In this document: positions 19,101 through 27,429 of the stretch, one piece after another
Layout of the letters: each line of letters begins with the position of its first letter
Numbering within the stretch: the first letter of the stretch is position 1
IMG/VR virus record: IMGVR_UViG_3300037483_000320
Span: 1-37,455 of that record
DNA length: 37,455 nt
Reading direction: 5' to 3' (one strand)
Origin: a virus
Taxonomy: Duplodnaviria; Caudoviricetes
Made by a program: the position numbers and the translations under genes
The notes under the pieces: model-generated
The model's database searches: none
Seen by the model: only the letters and a program-made list of their open reading frames with translations
Told to the model about the DNA's origin: nothing

Positions 19101-20024
19101 TCGAACGCGAACACCGTCGACCATACGTACGCGGACGGCACAAAGATCATCTCGTTCTCGCCGGACGACGACTTCTCCGACTTCACGAACCGTGTGACCG
19201 TCACCGGGGAGACCCGGGACTTCATCGATCTTTTGTACGAAGAGGAGTCGGTCGGATCCCTGTTCGGGACGGCGGGATGGTGGGGCGCGAAGAACACCTA
19301 CGACGTGTGGTACTCGGAGGACCACAAGCGGAAGGCGAAGAACCCCAGGCTGGTGATCATCGAATCCTGCATTCCGAACTCGTTCATCCAGCACCTCGGC
19401 GGCGGCTCGGAGTCGATCGTGCTCGTGGATCAGGACGAGTTCTTCTGCCGCGTACAGGTGGAGGTGCCCGATATGTCCACAATCGCGTGGGCGCTCGGTG
19501 CGACCCTGCTAGTGACGGGGATCGCGATGGGGGTCTCCGGACAGTATTCTCCTTCCACCGGGTGGGGGATGTTTATTGGCTGGGTCATCGGCCTCTCCGC
19601 GCTGATGTACATCCTCTCGGGGATCGTGAACTACCAGTACGAGATATGGGCGCGGCCGTACGGACAGCAGCGGCTCGGGTGCGAAGGGCAGGCGAACGAC
19701 GTCGAGCTCCAAGCGCTGATCGGCAGGATCGTCGAGAAGAAGATCGACGAGCCCCTCGCGATCGATCCGGGGCAATGCCAGTGGCTCGCGGACCACGAAT
19801 TGATGATCGAGATGGCGCAGCGCAACCGCGTCAAGTTCGAGAAGATCGCGCACCTCCAGGACGAGGAGGGCGACACGCTCGTCGTTCCCCATTCGTACTC
19901 CGGGAGGAGCATGACCGTGTTCGTCACGGACCTTACGAGGTCGTTCCGCATACCGACCGGAGCGGCGAACGACAAGGGCGGGTTCACGGACGGCATCGAG
20001 GGATGGAAGGTCGCGCCGGTATGA
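16191..20024 (+). CDS. Large tail tip/hub protein with beta-propeller (Asp-box) region
   Basis: GGAGG RBS; Asp-boxes ISSDFITW and VSDDNGATW; C-terminal hub-like region (NKLSFSV, RITVRFG, NRVTVTG, EEGDTLVV). Confidence 0.72.
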   Translation: MAQTLSEPLAAAQLLTERKPLVEVTSDKFVPDIPFVGQRLSTDYNGLSERNPAALALSDGRLFALTTFSSGSYARFSISNVDRTEWDEYMIPASLTKPAVVEMPGGKVGILTAGVSYVYDLNTVPPALVASGSTGIAGEEFYISTSVNPEDRVGNRAVVRLANGNYMAVYVADDATYPAHGNITLKYSISSDFITWGAWTAIPLVNSEATHPKYNPFLFVTENGDVNLLFEYVEQYTGALGTTEKVNIYHYVSDDNGATWTYAPGSSTQSGPNGRTAGAITFYPDFGTTARHPYAISLGAGNWRISYVETASALHMNTTALGWEGLDSVVGMHFDEVARKTYVVNYNANDGGNLSSIVVVNPDTWQPIKSIWSGSTPTFSPFWFAGGSFELHDTTGARELTIIRRANSIGIYNSDTDQCTEFHFDAIPAYGVDANISPKAVGSTGGIGHSEGPMSIERMFLDYENRILYLYWATSYIWGGCYGIGKIDLTQTGPEYTHDVMWVKSSYPAPVVSISQAQMEAIGGAYADFHVFPGDNLIVFSGGWNSHIEGLGGPWLGVTMVYTMDGVLLKQFDDNNSDTYPYRGIQKFAKVGHDLYGIFYYEHNYDNAGRYGICKLDLTDFSVAYFRPEFATVEDYGFNSIIPIKDGDELLLTSDTYGAARFVIADASWVSYTNTTLPGLFPYSGSAEIAAYDTVNAGIFLGSINNAMLIYFYESGSFSQPQYGSAVFGGSVWDYGSFSPLTSIFREKQLVMTNDPASSGGMYAFWTHVNADGSTRIRWDKDLSEFDLTDYLVGGSSVTIKRSIDGSPNKLSFSVTHGHLFDPHNQDSLWSMILKKHRRITVRFGEDIGGTAYWVNAGTFVVVGGKMSYARGEYPTMNVEAEDIRIWWEDAEIVATNHYEMTPEDILQDVVSSWGGMDLADIVIPAMYGSYVIWFQWLDTTVKKVVDALCFRFGYFPSITADNKFTVRPISNANTVDHTYADGTKIISFSPDDDFSDFTNRVTVTGETRDFIDLLYEEESVGSLFGTAGWWGAKNTYDVWYSEDHKRKAKNPRLVIIESCIPNSFIQHLGGGSESIVLVDQDEFFCRVQVEVPDMSTIAWALGATLLVTGIAMGVSGQYSPSTGWGMFIGWVIGLSALMYILSGIVNYQYEIWARPYGQQRLGCEGQANDVELQALIGRIVEKKIDEPLAIDPGQCQWLADHELMIEMAQRNRVKFEKIAHLQDEEGDTLVVPHSYSGRSMTVFVTDLTRSFRIPTGAANDKGGFTDGIEGWKVAPV

Positions 20025-21340
20025 GGCTGTACGGCAAGAGGTTCATGGCTCGCCGCACGGAGGCGAGGATCGGCGACCGCAGGGAATCGCGGGACGGCGT
20101 CGTCTACGACATCTCCGAAAGCCTCCGGTACTGCCGCGTCCGCATCGCCGGGACCGCGACGCTTGTCCGCGCCTGGTTCCCCGCGAACTTCATGCGGGCG
20201 CCGGACTGGCTGAAGGTCGGAGTCGCCGTCAGGATCTCCCACGTCGGAGGCGACAAGTCGCGAATCGAGGTGATCTCCCCCGGGCTCATCCAGCCTTCGC
20301 AGGCGACGTCTCCGATGAGCGGAGGCGTGGATACGATCCTCCTCGGGATGATGCCGACCGCCGATGGGACCGGATGGCTCGTGGAGATCAGCACGGGGTC
20401 GTACCGCATCGGCGGAATCTCTTATTTGTTCAACCCCGGCGGTGCGTTGCTTGGAGATGGAATGACCTTGGGCTCCGGGATTACCTTGGGCTCCGGGACC
20501 TTTTACGAGGTCGATCCCATTTCCGAGCACGATGAGGGGGAACTGTGGTTCCGGTACGATGCCTTCGTCGTCGGGACGGACGGCGTGGTGGATTACGTCA
20601 AGGGCGACGAATGGATGTGGGTCAAGGGCGGCTCCGGGCCAACGAAGCCGTTGATTCCCTCGGGCCACGTCCTGATCCGAAATTACATCCTCGTTCGTAC
20701 AGGAATGGAGGCGGTCTCACAGTCGGACATCGGCAGGGAGTGGGTAGCCCCGTTCCCGGACAGGCTCATTGTCGCCTCGGCGTACAGCGATCCGTGGTAC
20801 GAGCCGCTGGAATACAACAGGCCGACAGACGTCGGAGTCGTCTGGGGCGGCCCGAGAACGTACCAGCCTGCGTCTCCCGAAGGTCCTGCGCGCGGCGCGA
20901 TCGCGACATGGGACATGATGGCGTCCTTCACCGTGACGGTTGTCGACCAGTACGGGTATCCATACTCGTGGTGGACGGACGGCTCCATCAACCAACTCGC
21001 GATCAGTTTCCTTGGAAGCGGCTCGTATGACGGGTACGGGGACATCACGGTTGGATTTCCTGCTGTGGCGATCCCGACGGTCGAGGACGAATCCGGGCAG
21101 GGTCCGGAGACGACCGTCGCTCTCGGTCTCGGCTACATGTACACGTTCAATTACACCCGGAAGCACACGGTCTACACCGTGATCGATCCTGAGGAAGATG
21201 GATATCCTTCGTACGCGCAGGCTGATTCCGATTCACATACCGGGATCTTCAACATTCGGCTAATTTCCGCAGAGGCGACGCACCCGGTGTTCGTGATCGT
21301 TCCGATGTGGAACCTTGCCGCTGACGGCAGTCCGATGTAA
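20021..21340 (+). CDS. Putative tail spike/tip protein with N-terminal OB-fold-like domain
   Basis: ATGA overlap; GVVYDI..CRVRIAG...LKVGVAVRI resembles spike OB folds; follows the hub gene. Confidence 0.55.
   Translation: MRLYGKRFMARRTEARIGDRRESRDGVVYDISESLRYCRVRIAGTATLVRAWFPANFMRAPDWLKVGVAVRISHVGGDKSRIEVISPGLIQPSQATSPMSGGVDTILLGMMPTADGTGWLVEISTGSYRIGGISYLFNPGGALLGDGMTLGSGITLGSGTFYEVDPISEHDEGELWFRYDAFVVGTDGVVDYVKGDEWMWVKGGSGPTKPLIPSGHVLIRNYILVRTGMEAVSQSDIGREWVAPFPDRLIVASAYSDPWYEPLEYNRPTDVGVVWGGPRTYQPASPEGPARGAIATWDMMASFTVTVVDQYGYPYSWWTDGSINQLAISFLGSGSYDGYGDITVGFPAVAIPTVEDESGQGPETTVALGLGYMYTFNYTRKHTVYTVIDPEEDGYPSYAQADSDSHTGIFNIRLISAEATHPVFVIVPMWNLAADGSPM
20465..20498 (+). repeat. Two-copy direct repeat ACCTTGGGCTCCGGGA, 18-nt period (TLGSG x2)
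   Basis: Exact 16-nt duplication in frame. Confidence 0.8.
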
Positions 21341-21588
21341 TGGGAGGTTCGATGGAGAACTGGAAATACGAAGAAATCCTCGGGGAGATGAAGGCGCAGA
21401 CCGCCCTCCTGATCGACATCGCAAGAGAGATCAAGGGTCTGCGCGCCGACACGCAGAAGGGGAACCTGGAGGCGATGGAGAAGGGGATGAAGGACATGAT
21501 GTCGCAGGTCACCGCCTCGCTCGAGGGAACGCCGATAGCGGGGATCTTCAAGAACATGATGTCGAAGATGGGAGGTCCGCATGGGTAG
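21340..21588 (+). CDS. Hypothetical helical protein (82 aa)
   Basis: TAATG overlap with the upstream gene; Met-rich amphipathic helices. Confidence 0.6.
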   Translation: MGGSMENWKYEEILGEMKAQTALLIDIAREIKGLRADTQKGNLEAMEKGMKDMMSQVTASLEGTPIAGIFKNMMSKMGGPHG

Positions 21589-22033
21589 CAACTTCCACTT
21601 GCCGTGGGTAGATGGCACCACGCATTTCAATGCCTCGGAGACGAATCCGGCCTTCGCTTCGCTCGATCAGGCGCTCACGAAGCTGAAGAACCTGATCGTC
21701 CACTGCGACGGCGCGATCGAGTACCACCCGCTGTCGGGCATCCTGTACTGGACCGGTCCTCTGCGGTTCGTCTTCAACGATACGGACGGGCTGGCGTGCG
21801 TGAATCAGGCGGCGGCCGACAGCGTGCAACTGGACGACAACGAGTTCGCATACGTCGATCTGTCGGAAGGAAACGGCGCGGAAGTCACCGTGGAGAAGGC
21901 GGCGGTGGCTGCAGGGAGCGCATCGAACTTCATCGCCTTCAATCGAATTGTGCTTGGGTATCGGAACGCGGTGTCCAACGATTTCTTCCCCGTCGCGCTG
22001 CGGCAACCGTGGCCGAACACCGTCGGGTCGTGA
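21581..22033 (+). CDS. Hypothetical virion/tail protein (150 aa)
   Basis: GGAGG RBS; located in the tail module. Confidence 0.65.
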   Translation: MGSNFHLPWVDGTTHFNASETNPAFASLDQALTKLKNLIVHCDGAIEYHPLSGILYWTGPLRFVFNDTDGLACVNQAAADSVQLDDNEFAYVDLSEGNGAEVTVEKAAVAAGSASNFIAFNRIVLGYRNAVSNDFFPVALRQPWPNTVGS

Positions 22034-22064
22034 ACAGATAGACCACCACATAACGCTTTGAACG

Positions 22065-22088
22065 AGGCCCCTTCCCCGGGGCCTTTTT
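22065..22088 (+). terminator. Intrinsic terminator-like hairpin
   Basis: AGGCCCC-TTCCCC-GGGGCCT followed by TTTT. Confidence 0.7.
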
Positions 22089-22116
22089 CATTTCCCCAAA
22101 ACGAAGGAGGAAGGCC

Positions 22117-22632
22117 ATGAAGAAGTTCTTCGCGCGGTTGCTCGGGTTCACCGGCAAGGTGGCGATGCGGACGAAGTACGAAGTCGAGTGCTACGGCCCG
22201 GATGGAGTCCTGAAATGGCGGGACGGCTTCGAAAACCTCGTCGTCACTGCGGGGTTGAACAAGATCCTCGACGCGGCCTTCAAGACCGGCTTGGCTTCGC
22301 CCGCCTGGTACGTCGGTCTCAAGGACACCGGCACGCCGGATCCGGCCGACACGATGGCCTCCCATGCGTCGTGGGCGTGGCTCACGAACTACACCGGCAA
22401 CCGGCAGGCGTTCACGCCCGGGACGATCTCGGGGGGATCGGTGGATAACTCCGCGTCGAAGGCCGTGTTCCCGATCACCGGGGACGACACGATCTACGGT
22501 TGCGGGCTCGCCGACAGCGCGACCGGAGACACCGGGGTTCTGTACGGGGCGGGGGACTTCACGGCCCCGCGTGCGGTGCTTTCCGGCGACACGCTGAACG
22601 TGCAGACCACGCTGATGGCGGAAGCGGCGTAA
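22117..22632 (+). CDS. Virion structural/tail-fibre-associated protein (171 aa)
   Basis: AAGGAGG RBS; NLVVTAGLN..WYVGL..FTAPRAVLSGDTLNV motifs common in phage tail/decoration proteins. Confidence 0.65.
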   Translation: MKKFFARLLGFTGKVAMRTKYEVECYGPDGVLKWRDGFENLVVTAGLNKILDAAFKTGLASPAWYVGLKDTGTPDPADTMASHASWAWLTNYTGNRQAFTPGTISGGSVDNSASKAVFPITGDDTIYGCGLADSATGDTGVLYGAGDFTAPRAVLSGDTLNVQTTLMAEAA

Positions 22633-22648
22633 GGGAGCGGTGAAGTAG

Positions 22649-24781
22649 ATGGCGACCATCACGTCCAACGCTTCCGGCGCATGGGCCACAGGCGCAACGT
22701 GGGTCGGTGGGGTAAAACCCGCCGATGGGGACGCTGTAGTGATAGCGGCAGGACATTCGATCCTGATGGACGAGGATCAGTCCGCGATGACGGGGATGCT
22801 CTCCGTCACGATTCAGGGCCACGCCACCACGCCGGGGATGCTGTACTTCAAGGACGGCACGAGCGGATATCTGAAGATCCGCACGGCCAATAACCTCGTC
22901 GGAACCTCTGGCACGTTGAAAGGACGGCTGCTCGCCAACTCGGACGGCGTTTGGGGCAACACGGGTGCGCTTGCGTTTGCGGACAAAGCCGTGATCGACC
23001 TCGGGGCGACTTCGTTCATCAATGCGCAATATCTCGACATCGCCCTGTACTGTGCGCAGCCCACGAACAAGAGCGTCCGCACCTATGGAACCAAGTACGA
23101 TTTCACGGCCTCCGGCAGCACGGTCGATGTTGACAACGACACGATAGACTTGGGGACCCCGCCCCCTTCCGCCGGGACTCCCGTGATGATTACTACGGCG
23201 GCGGGAGTGTTGCCGACCGGCCTGTTGGAGAATCACGTTTATTATGTCCGCGCAGTTTCAGGGAACACCTGCAAACTGGCAAAACAAAACTCCGATGCAA
23301 CCATTGTCGATATCACCGGGACGGGATCAGGCTCCTGCTCGTTGTTCACCGGACATACAGATACCGGAACGGCGACGATGAACGTGCTGGATGACGTGAC
23401 AAGCGACACTCCGTGGGTCACGACGGACGGGCACGACAGGGTAGTGCTGTCAGACGACGCCGCACCGGATAATTTCGATCAGCAGCGGGTGCAACTCACC
23501 ACCATCAATGCAGGAAGCATCGTTCTTTCGGCCAACGTAGACTCGGCACAATATCCCGGCGCGAGGATTTGGCTCATCAGCCGGAACGTTTCGATCCGGT
23601 CCGTGTGCACGACGGCGATAAATATCGTGAACTATGACGCCGTGCCAACCGCTGGCGGTGTGTTCCAGTGTGAGATCAACAGCATCGCCGGAACGGGCAC
23701 GACGTTCTATGGCATAGGTATCAAAAACGGCACCGGCCATACGGTCAGCGGGACCATTTCGGGGTGCTCCAGTGGTACCCAAAGCGGTATCGGATTTACG
23801 ATCAGCGGGATTATTGCGGCGTTCACTCAAGGCGTCAACGGCGGCACCAGCTACACGATCAGCGGGAGTATTTCGGGAGGCACTTACGGCGTGTTCAATG
23901 GTTCCGGCCACACGATCAGCGGAACTATTTCTGGATGCACCAATGGCCTCTACGGTGGTGTCGACCTCAGAATTAGCGGGGCCATATTTGGGTGCAACAT
24001 CGGGATCCACACCGGCATCGGCCACACGGTCAGCGGAACTATATCGGGATGCGTTAATGGTTTCTATCAAGGCACTGGCCACACAATCAGCGGAACTATT
24101 TCGGGAGGCGGCACTGGCGTCAACACAGGTCACGGCTTTACGATCAGCGGAATTGTTTCGGGGTGCGGCAGTTATGTAGTATTTATCGGCAGTGCCAGCG
24201 CTTCTTTTATTCTTAGAGGCGCGGCGACGAAAGAGGCTCCTCCAACTTTCACAACTTCAAGAAACCCGACGACTGGCGGTGGTGTATATGCGGGAACGAT
24301 TGGGGTTTATTGTGAGGATTACGGCGGCGTTCTCGGTGCGTCTTATGCTTTGTTGATGTGGGGCGACGTCATCAAGAACACAACAACTGTGCGCTCCGGA
24401 GGCGCGGCTTCCTCTCTCGAAGTTGTGCCGCTTTCCAATTGTTCTGTAATCGCTCCGATACCGATCTTCGAGTGGACGGAACTTGCTGTACCGGCGTCCG
24501 CTCAGAACAAGTCCGTCTACATGAGGGCGGATGCCGCGTGGTCCGTCTACCCAACCGCCGATGAACTGTACGTCGAAGCGGAGTACATCAGCGACGGGAC
24601 CACGTTTGCAGTTGCCATTGTAAAGTCCACCGCTGTTCTAAACCATGCGTCGAACTGGATACAGTTCACGATCCCCGAATTCACTCCTGCTGTTGCAGGA
24701 AGCGTTCGCTATCGCGCCTACCTGAAGAAGTATGAGGCCGATCGGAAGGTTTATGTCGACAACATGCTGGTGGCCGCGTAA
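22649..24781 (+). CDS. Tail fibre/receptor-binding protein with G8-like N-terminus and beta-helix repeats
   Basis: SGAWATGATWVGGVKP..GDAVVIAAGH N-terminus; LPTGL..YYV..KLA domain; 8 x 19-aa repeats; Gly/Ser/Thr-rich. Confidence 0.72.
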   Translation: MATITSNASGAWATGATWVGGVKPADGDAVVIAAGHSILMDEDQSAMTGMLSVTIQGHATTPGMLYFKDGTSGYLKIRTANNLVGTSGTLKGRLLANSDGVWGNTGALAFADKAVIDLGATSFINAQYLDIALYCAQPTNKSVRTYGTKYDFTASGSTVDVDNDTIDLGTPPPSAGTPVMITTAAGVLPTGLLENHVYYVRAVSGNTCKLAKQNSDATIVDITGTGSGSCSLFTGHTDTGTATMNVLDDVTSDTPWVTTDGHDRVVLSDDAAPDNFDQQRVQLTTINAGSIVLSANVDSAQYPGARIWLISRNVSIRSVCTTAINIVNYDAVPTAGGVFQCEINSIAGTGTTFYGIGIKNGTGHTVSGTISGCSSGTQSGIGFTISGIIAAFTQGVNGGTSYTISGSISGGTYGVFNGSGHTISGTISGCTNGLYGGVDLRISGAIFGCNIGIHTGIGHTVSGTISGCVNGFYQGTGHTISGTISGGGTGVNTGHGFTISGIVSGCGSYVVFIGSASASFILRGAATKEAPPTFTTSRNPTTGGGVYAGTIGVYCEDYGGVLGASYALLMWGDVIKNTTTVRSGGAASSLEVVPLSNCSVIAPIPIFEWTELAVPASAQNKSVYMRADAAWSVYPTADELYVEAEYISDGTTFAVAIVKSTAVLNHASNWIQFTIPEFTPAVAGSVRYRAYLKKYEADRKVYVDNMLVAA
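23723..24178 (+). repeat. Eight tandem 57-nt (19-aa) coding repeats, consensus xxGxGHTISGTISGCxxGx
   Basis: Recurrent GGCCACACGATCAGCGGAACTATTTC-like unit at a 57-nt period. Confidence 0.88.
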
Positions 24782-25783
24782 GTGTCGCAGGAGGCCAAAT
24801 ACGCAAGCGGAAGAAGCGTCTTATCGCAGGCGCATCCGTCTGCGAACATCGAACCGGCATATGCGAACGGGAAGAGCGGCGACATGCCATTCGACGCGTA
24901 CGTGGCGGCGGGGGGAGCCACCTATAACGAATCCCTGACCCTCGCCATCGCAGCCGACCTGACCCGGGCCGGGATTCTCTCCATGAACGCCTCCCTCTCC
25001 CTCGGCATCGTGGCCGAGCAGGGCGACGGGACCGTCCTCTCGACGGACGCGGCGATCGCTCTGTCGCTCGCGATGGCGATGCTGCAGGCCGGAAGCGTCG
25101 AAGCGGGAGCCGACACCTACGACGAGGCGGTGACGATCGCGGCGAGGATGGGGATGTCGCAGTCCTCCATCGGCACGCTCCAAGAGGCCATGGTGCTGGC
25201 GACGGCAGCGGGGATGGGGCAGGCCGGCCAGTCCGTCCTCGTCAACGCCCTCGTCCTCCAGGCGACAGCGGCCATGGCGCAGATCTCCGTGGGAACCCTG
25301 CTGGTGTCCCTGCACCTGGATGTCTCCATGGGCGAAGCCTTCGGGACGGCGCTCATCCTTCAGGCGGCGGTCCTGCTCGATGTGGCGGGCGGGTTGTCAT
25401 CGACCGGCGGCATGTCGCTGGACGATGCCGCATCCCTCGGCATCAACGCAGGGATGGCACAGACCGTCGCGTATCTCCTGAACGCTGCCCTGACCCTGAA
25501 CATCCAGGTATCGAAAGCGCAGACTTCTGTCCTCACGGCGGAAGCACAGGTCGCGCTTTCTATCGCATGCGCCGAGATCGATTCCGCGTTGAGCGCCAAC
25601 ACCTACAACGTGTCGCTCGCGCTCTCCATCGTCGCGGACATGAAGCGGTGGGGGATCGTGCCGCAGATCGCAGCGGCGAAGCACCTCTACAACGTCCTCG
25701 CGCGAAAGCGGGAGTACGACGCGACGGCGAGAAAAAGGGAATACGATGCGCCCGCCCGCAAGCGCGAGCACGACGACGAATAG
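24782..25783 (+). CDS. Ala/Leu-rich repetitive putative fibre/structural protein
   Basis: Periodic TY(N/D)xxLxL..A units; C-terminal (ARKREYDAx)3; GTG start is uncertain. Confidence 0.6.
   Translation: MSQEAKYASGRSVLSQAHPSANIEPAYANGKSGDMPFDAYVAAGGATYNESLTLAIAADLTRAGILSMNASLSLGIVAEQGDGTVLSTDAAIALSLAMAMLQAGSVEAGADTYDEAVTIAARMGMSQSSIGTLQEAMVLATAAGMGQAGQSVLVNALVLQATAAMAQISVGTLLVSLHLDVSMGEAFGTALILQAAVLLDVAGGLSSTGGMSLDDAASLGINAGMAQTVAYLLNAALTLNIQVSKAQTSVLTAEAQVALSIACAEIDSALSANTYNVSLALSIVADMKRWGIVPQIAAAKHLYNVLARKREYDATARKREYDAPARKREHDDE
25700..25780 (+). repeat. Three 27-nt coding repeats ARKRE(Y/H)D
   Basis: ARKREYDAT-ARKREYDAP-ARKREHDDE with divergent synonymous codons. Confidence 0.85.
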
Positions 25784-25792
25784 GAGGGGATC

Positions 25793-26116
25793 ATGGCACA
25801 GGTGGTAAAGCCGCCGGTCCAAAAGTACGAGGGCAGATGGCTGACGATCAATTTCGACGCGAAAGAAGCCCTCCTCTCCGGGGACTCCCTCGCCTCGATC
25901 AATTCCCTCGTTGTGACCGACGAGGTGACTGTGGAGGACGTCACCGACAAGATGGTCGAAACCGGTTCTCCTGCGATCATCGGGAACAAGCTGACGTTCC
26001 TGAAAAAGTACGGCGGGGGAGTGATCGGGAAGGACTACCACGCCGAGGTGAACGTCAAGACGACGCTCGGGGAGGATCTGCCGGAGGTCCTGATAATCCC
26101 CGTACGGGAGGATTGA
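25793..26116 (+). CDS. Hypothetical beta-rich virion protein (107 aa)
   Basis: AGGAGG RBS; K.P...E....TINF..GG..GKDY...V...T pattern seen in small tail-module proteins. Confidence 0.65.
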   Translation: MAQVVKPPVQKYEGRWLTINFDAKEALLSGDSLASINSLVVTDEVTVEDVTDKMVETGSPAIIGNKLTFLKKYGGGVIGKDYHAEVNVKTTLGEDLPEVLIIPVRED

Positions 26117-26149
26117 CGCAGAAGTCGTTTCTTCCATGCTTCAACCAAC

Positions 26150-26167
26150 GGCCCTTCGGGGCTTTTT
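26150..26167 (+). terminator. Short hairpin (TTCG loop) with T tract upstream of the endolysin
   Basis: GGCCC-TTCG-GGGCT-TTTT. Confidence 0.6.
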
Positions 26168-26181
26168 CATTTGGAGGTGCG

Positions 26182-26655
26182 ATGCGCTCCAACTTTCGAG
26201 ACTGGCTGAGGAATCTGCACGAGGACGAGGGGTTCCGGTCGAACGACTCCCGCGATCCCGGAAAGCGGACCGTGTACGGGATCTCCGAGGTCTATCACCC
26301 GGAGATGTACAAGGACGGCAAGGAGCCGACGCTCGCCGACCTTCCGGACTTCTACCTCCGTGAGTATTGGATTCCCGGAGGCTGCGATGCTCTCCCGTTC
26401 CCGCTCGACGTGAACCATGCGGACGCCTGCGTGAACCCCGGGATCGGTGCGGCGAAGAAGTTTCTCTACCAATCGGGCGAGCACGCTGATGTCCTGTGGC
26501 GGACGACGGAGTACGTGTTCCTACGGCAGGAGTACTACCTCGAACGGATCCAGGTGAATCCGAAGATGCTCTATGCGGTCCGCGGGTGGATGCTGCGGTG
26601 CATCAGGTATTGGAAATATACGGTCGGCACGATTACCAGCCTGGGGGGGAAATGA
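26182..26655 (+). CDS. Endolysin, glycoside hydrolase family 108-like lysozyme
   Basis: GGAGG RBS; EGFRSNDSRDPGKRTVYGIS (cf. EGGYxNDPxDPGGxTxYGI), FYLREYW, DACVNPGIGAA, GWMLR. Confidence 0.82.
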   Translation: MRSNFRDWLRNLHEDEGFRSNDSRDPGKRTVYGISEVYHPEMYKDGKEPTLADLPDFYLREYWIPGGCDALPFPLDVNHADACVNPGIGAAKKFLYQSGEHADVLWRTTEYVFLRQEYYLERIQVNPKMLYAVRGWMLRCIRYWKYTVGTITSLGGK

Positions 26656-26749
26656 AGCACAACATCGCCACGCCGAAGGCGGCACGGCGCGGCACCGTGA
26701 ACCGGTGCTACCTGGCGCTCAAAACATTCTTATGAAGGAGGAAACGTGT

Positions 26750-27220
26750 ATGCGTGGGAAAAGAAGTGCCACCCTGATTGGCCTTGTTCTTGGTGCGATC
26801 CTTCTGTTCGGAGCAGTTGCGGCGTTCCCGGAAAGTCTACGGTGGACGCCCGCGGCGGGGTGGACCGACAACACCGGGAACTCCGGATCGTTCACGGCGG
26901 CCGAGATGAGCACCATGACGTTCTACATTCGCATCAACCAGCCGAATCCCCGGGACACGACCGGCTGGGAAGGCTGGTATTACCTCGGGGAAACGAGAAA
27001 CGGCGTATCGTCCTATCCCGCCGACAACTCGCTTGCATCGCTGATGAGATCCTACGGCTTCGAGGGGAAAACGGTGAGCTTCACCGTGTCCCAGGCGTTC
27101 AAAGACACGGACGGCGTAGAGCGTGATTCGGCCCCCTCCACAGCCCTCGCCTGGACGGTGCCAATCCCTTTCGTCCCGAGGACCCCGGGGATCCCGGAAG
27201 GTCCGACGATCACAGAGTAA
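26750..27220 (+). CDS. Secreted or membrane-anchored beta-sandwich (Fn3-like) protein
   Basis: AAGGAGG RBS; basic-hydrophobic signal peptide; LRWTP...FTVS..KD..G...S.PS pattern. Confidence 0.6.
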   Translation: MRGKRSATLIGLVLGAILLFGAVAAFPESLRWTPAAGWTDNTGNSGSFTAAEMSTMTFYIRINQPNPRDTTGWEGWYYLGETRNGVSSYPADNSLASLMRSYGFEGKTVSFTVSQAFKDTDGVERDSAPSTALAWTVPIPFVPRTPGIPEGPTITE

Positions 27221-27289
27221 GACCCTGGTGGAAGCGCCCGCTGATCGAGTATTTCGATATGCACTGGAAGGATACCGACTGAAAGGAGA

Positions 27290-27427
27290 ATGGATATGGG
27301 CTGGTACATCATTAGTGGGGTTCTGTTGGTCGTGGCGATTTTCGGCGCGGGGTTCTTCGTCGGAAAGAAAAACGGGTATCGCCTCGCGGAAGTCGAGAAG
27401 CGCCTGAAAGACACGTTGGGGAAATAA
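27290..27427 (+). CDS. Small single-TM protein (45 aa), holin/antiholin candidate; absent from the ORF track
   Basis: MDMGWYIISGVLLVVAIFGAGFFVGKKNGYRLAEVEKRLKDTLGK; AAGGAG RBS fits ATG 27296. Confidence 0.65.
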   Translation: MDMGWYIISGVLLVVAIFGAGFFVGKKNGYRLAEVEKRLKDTLGK

Positions 27428-27429
27428 AG

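Noticed and set aside
18194-20020. 5' 609 codons of the 1048-aa ORF overlapping the tail hub gene
   Set aside because: Arg/Gly/Pro-rich off-frame shadow typical of GC-rich coding DNA; the real gene starts at ATG 20021 overlapping the hub stop.
23723-24178. Possible CRISPR array or DGR template/variable repeat
   Set aside because: Repeats are degenerate, in-frame coding units with no unique spacers, no adenine-specific pair and no reverse transcriptase or cas gene in the window.
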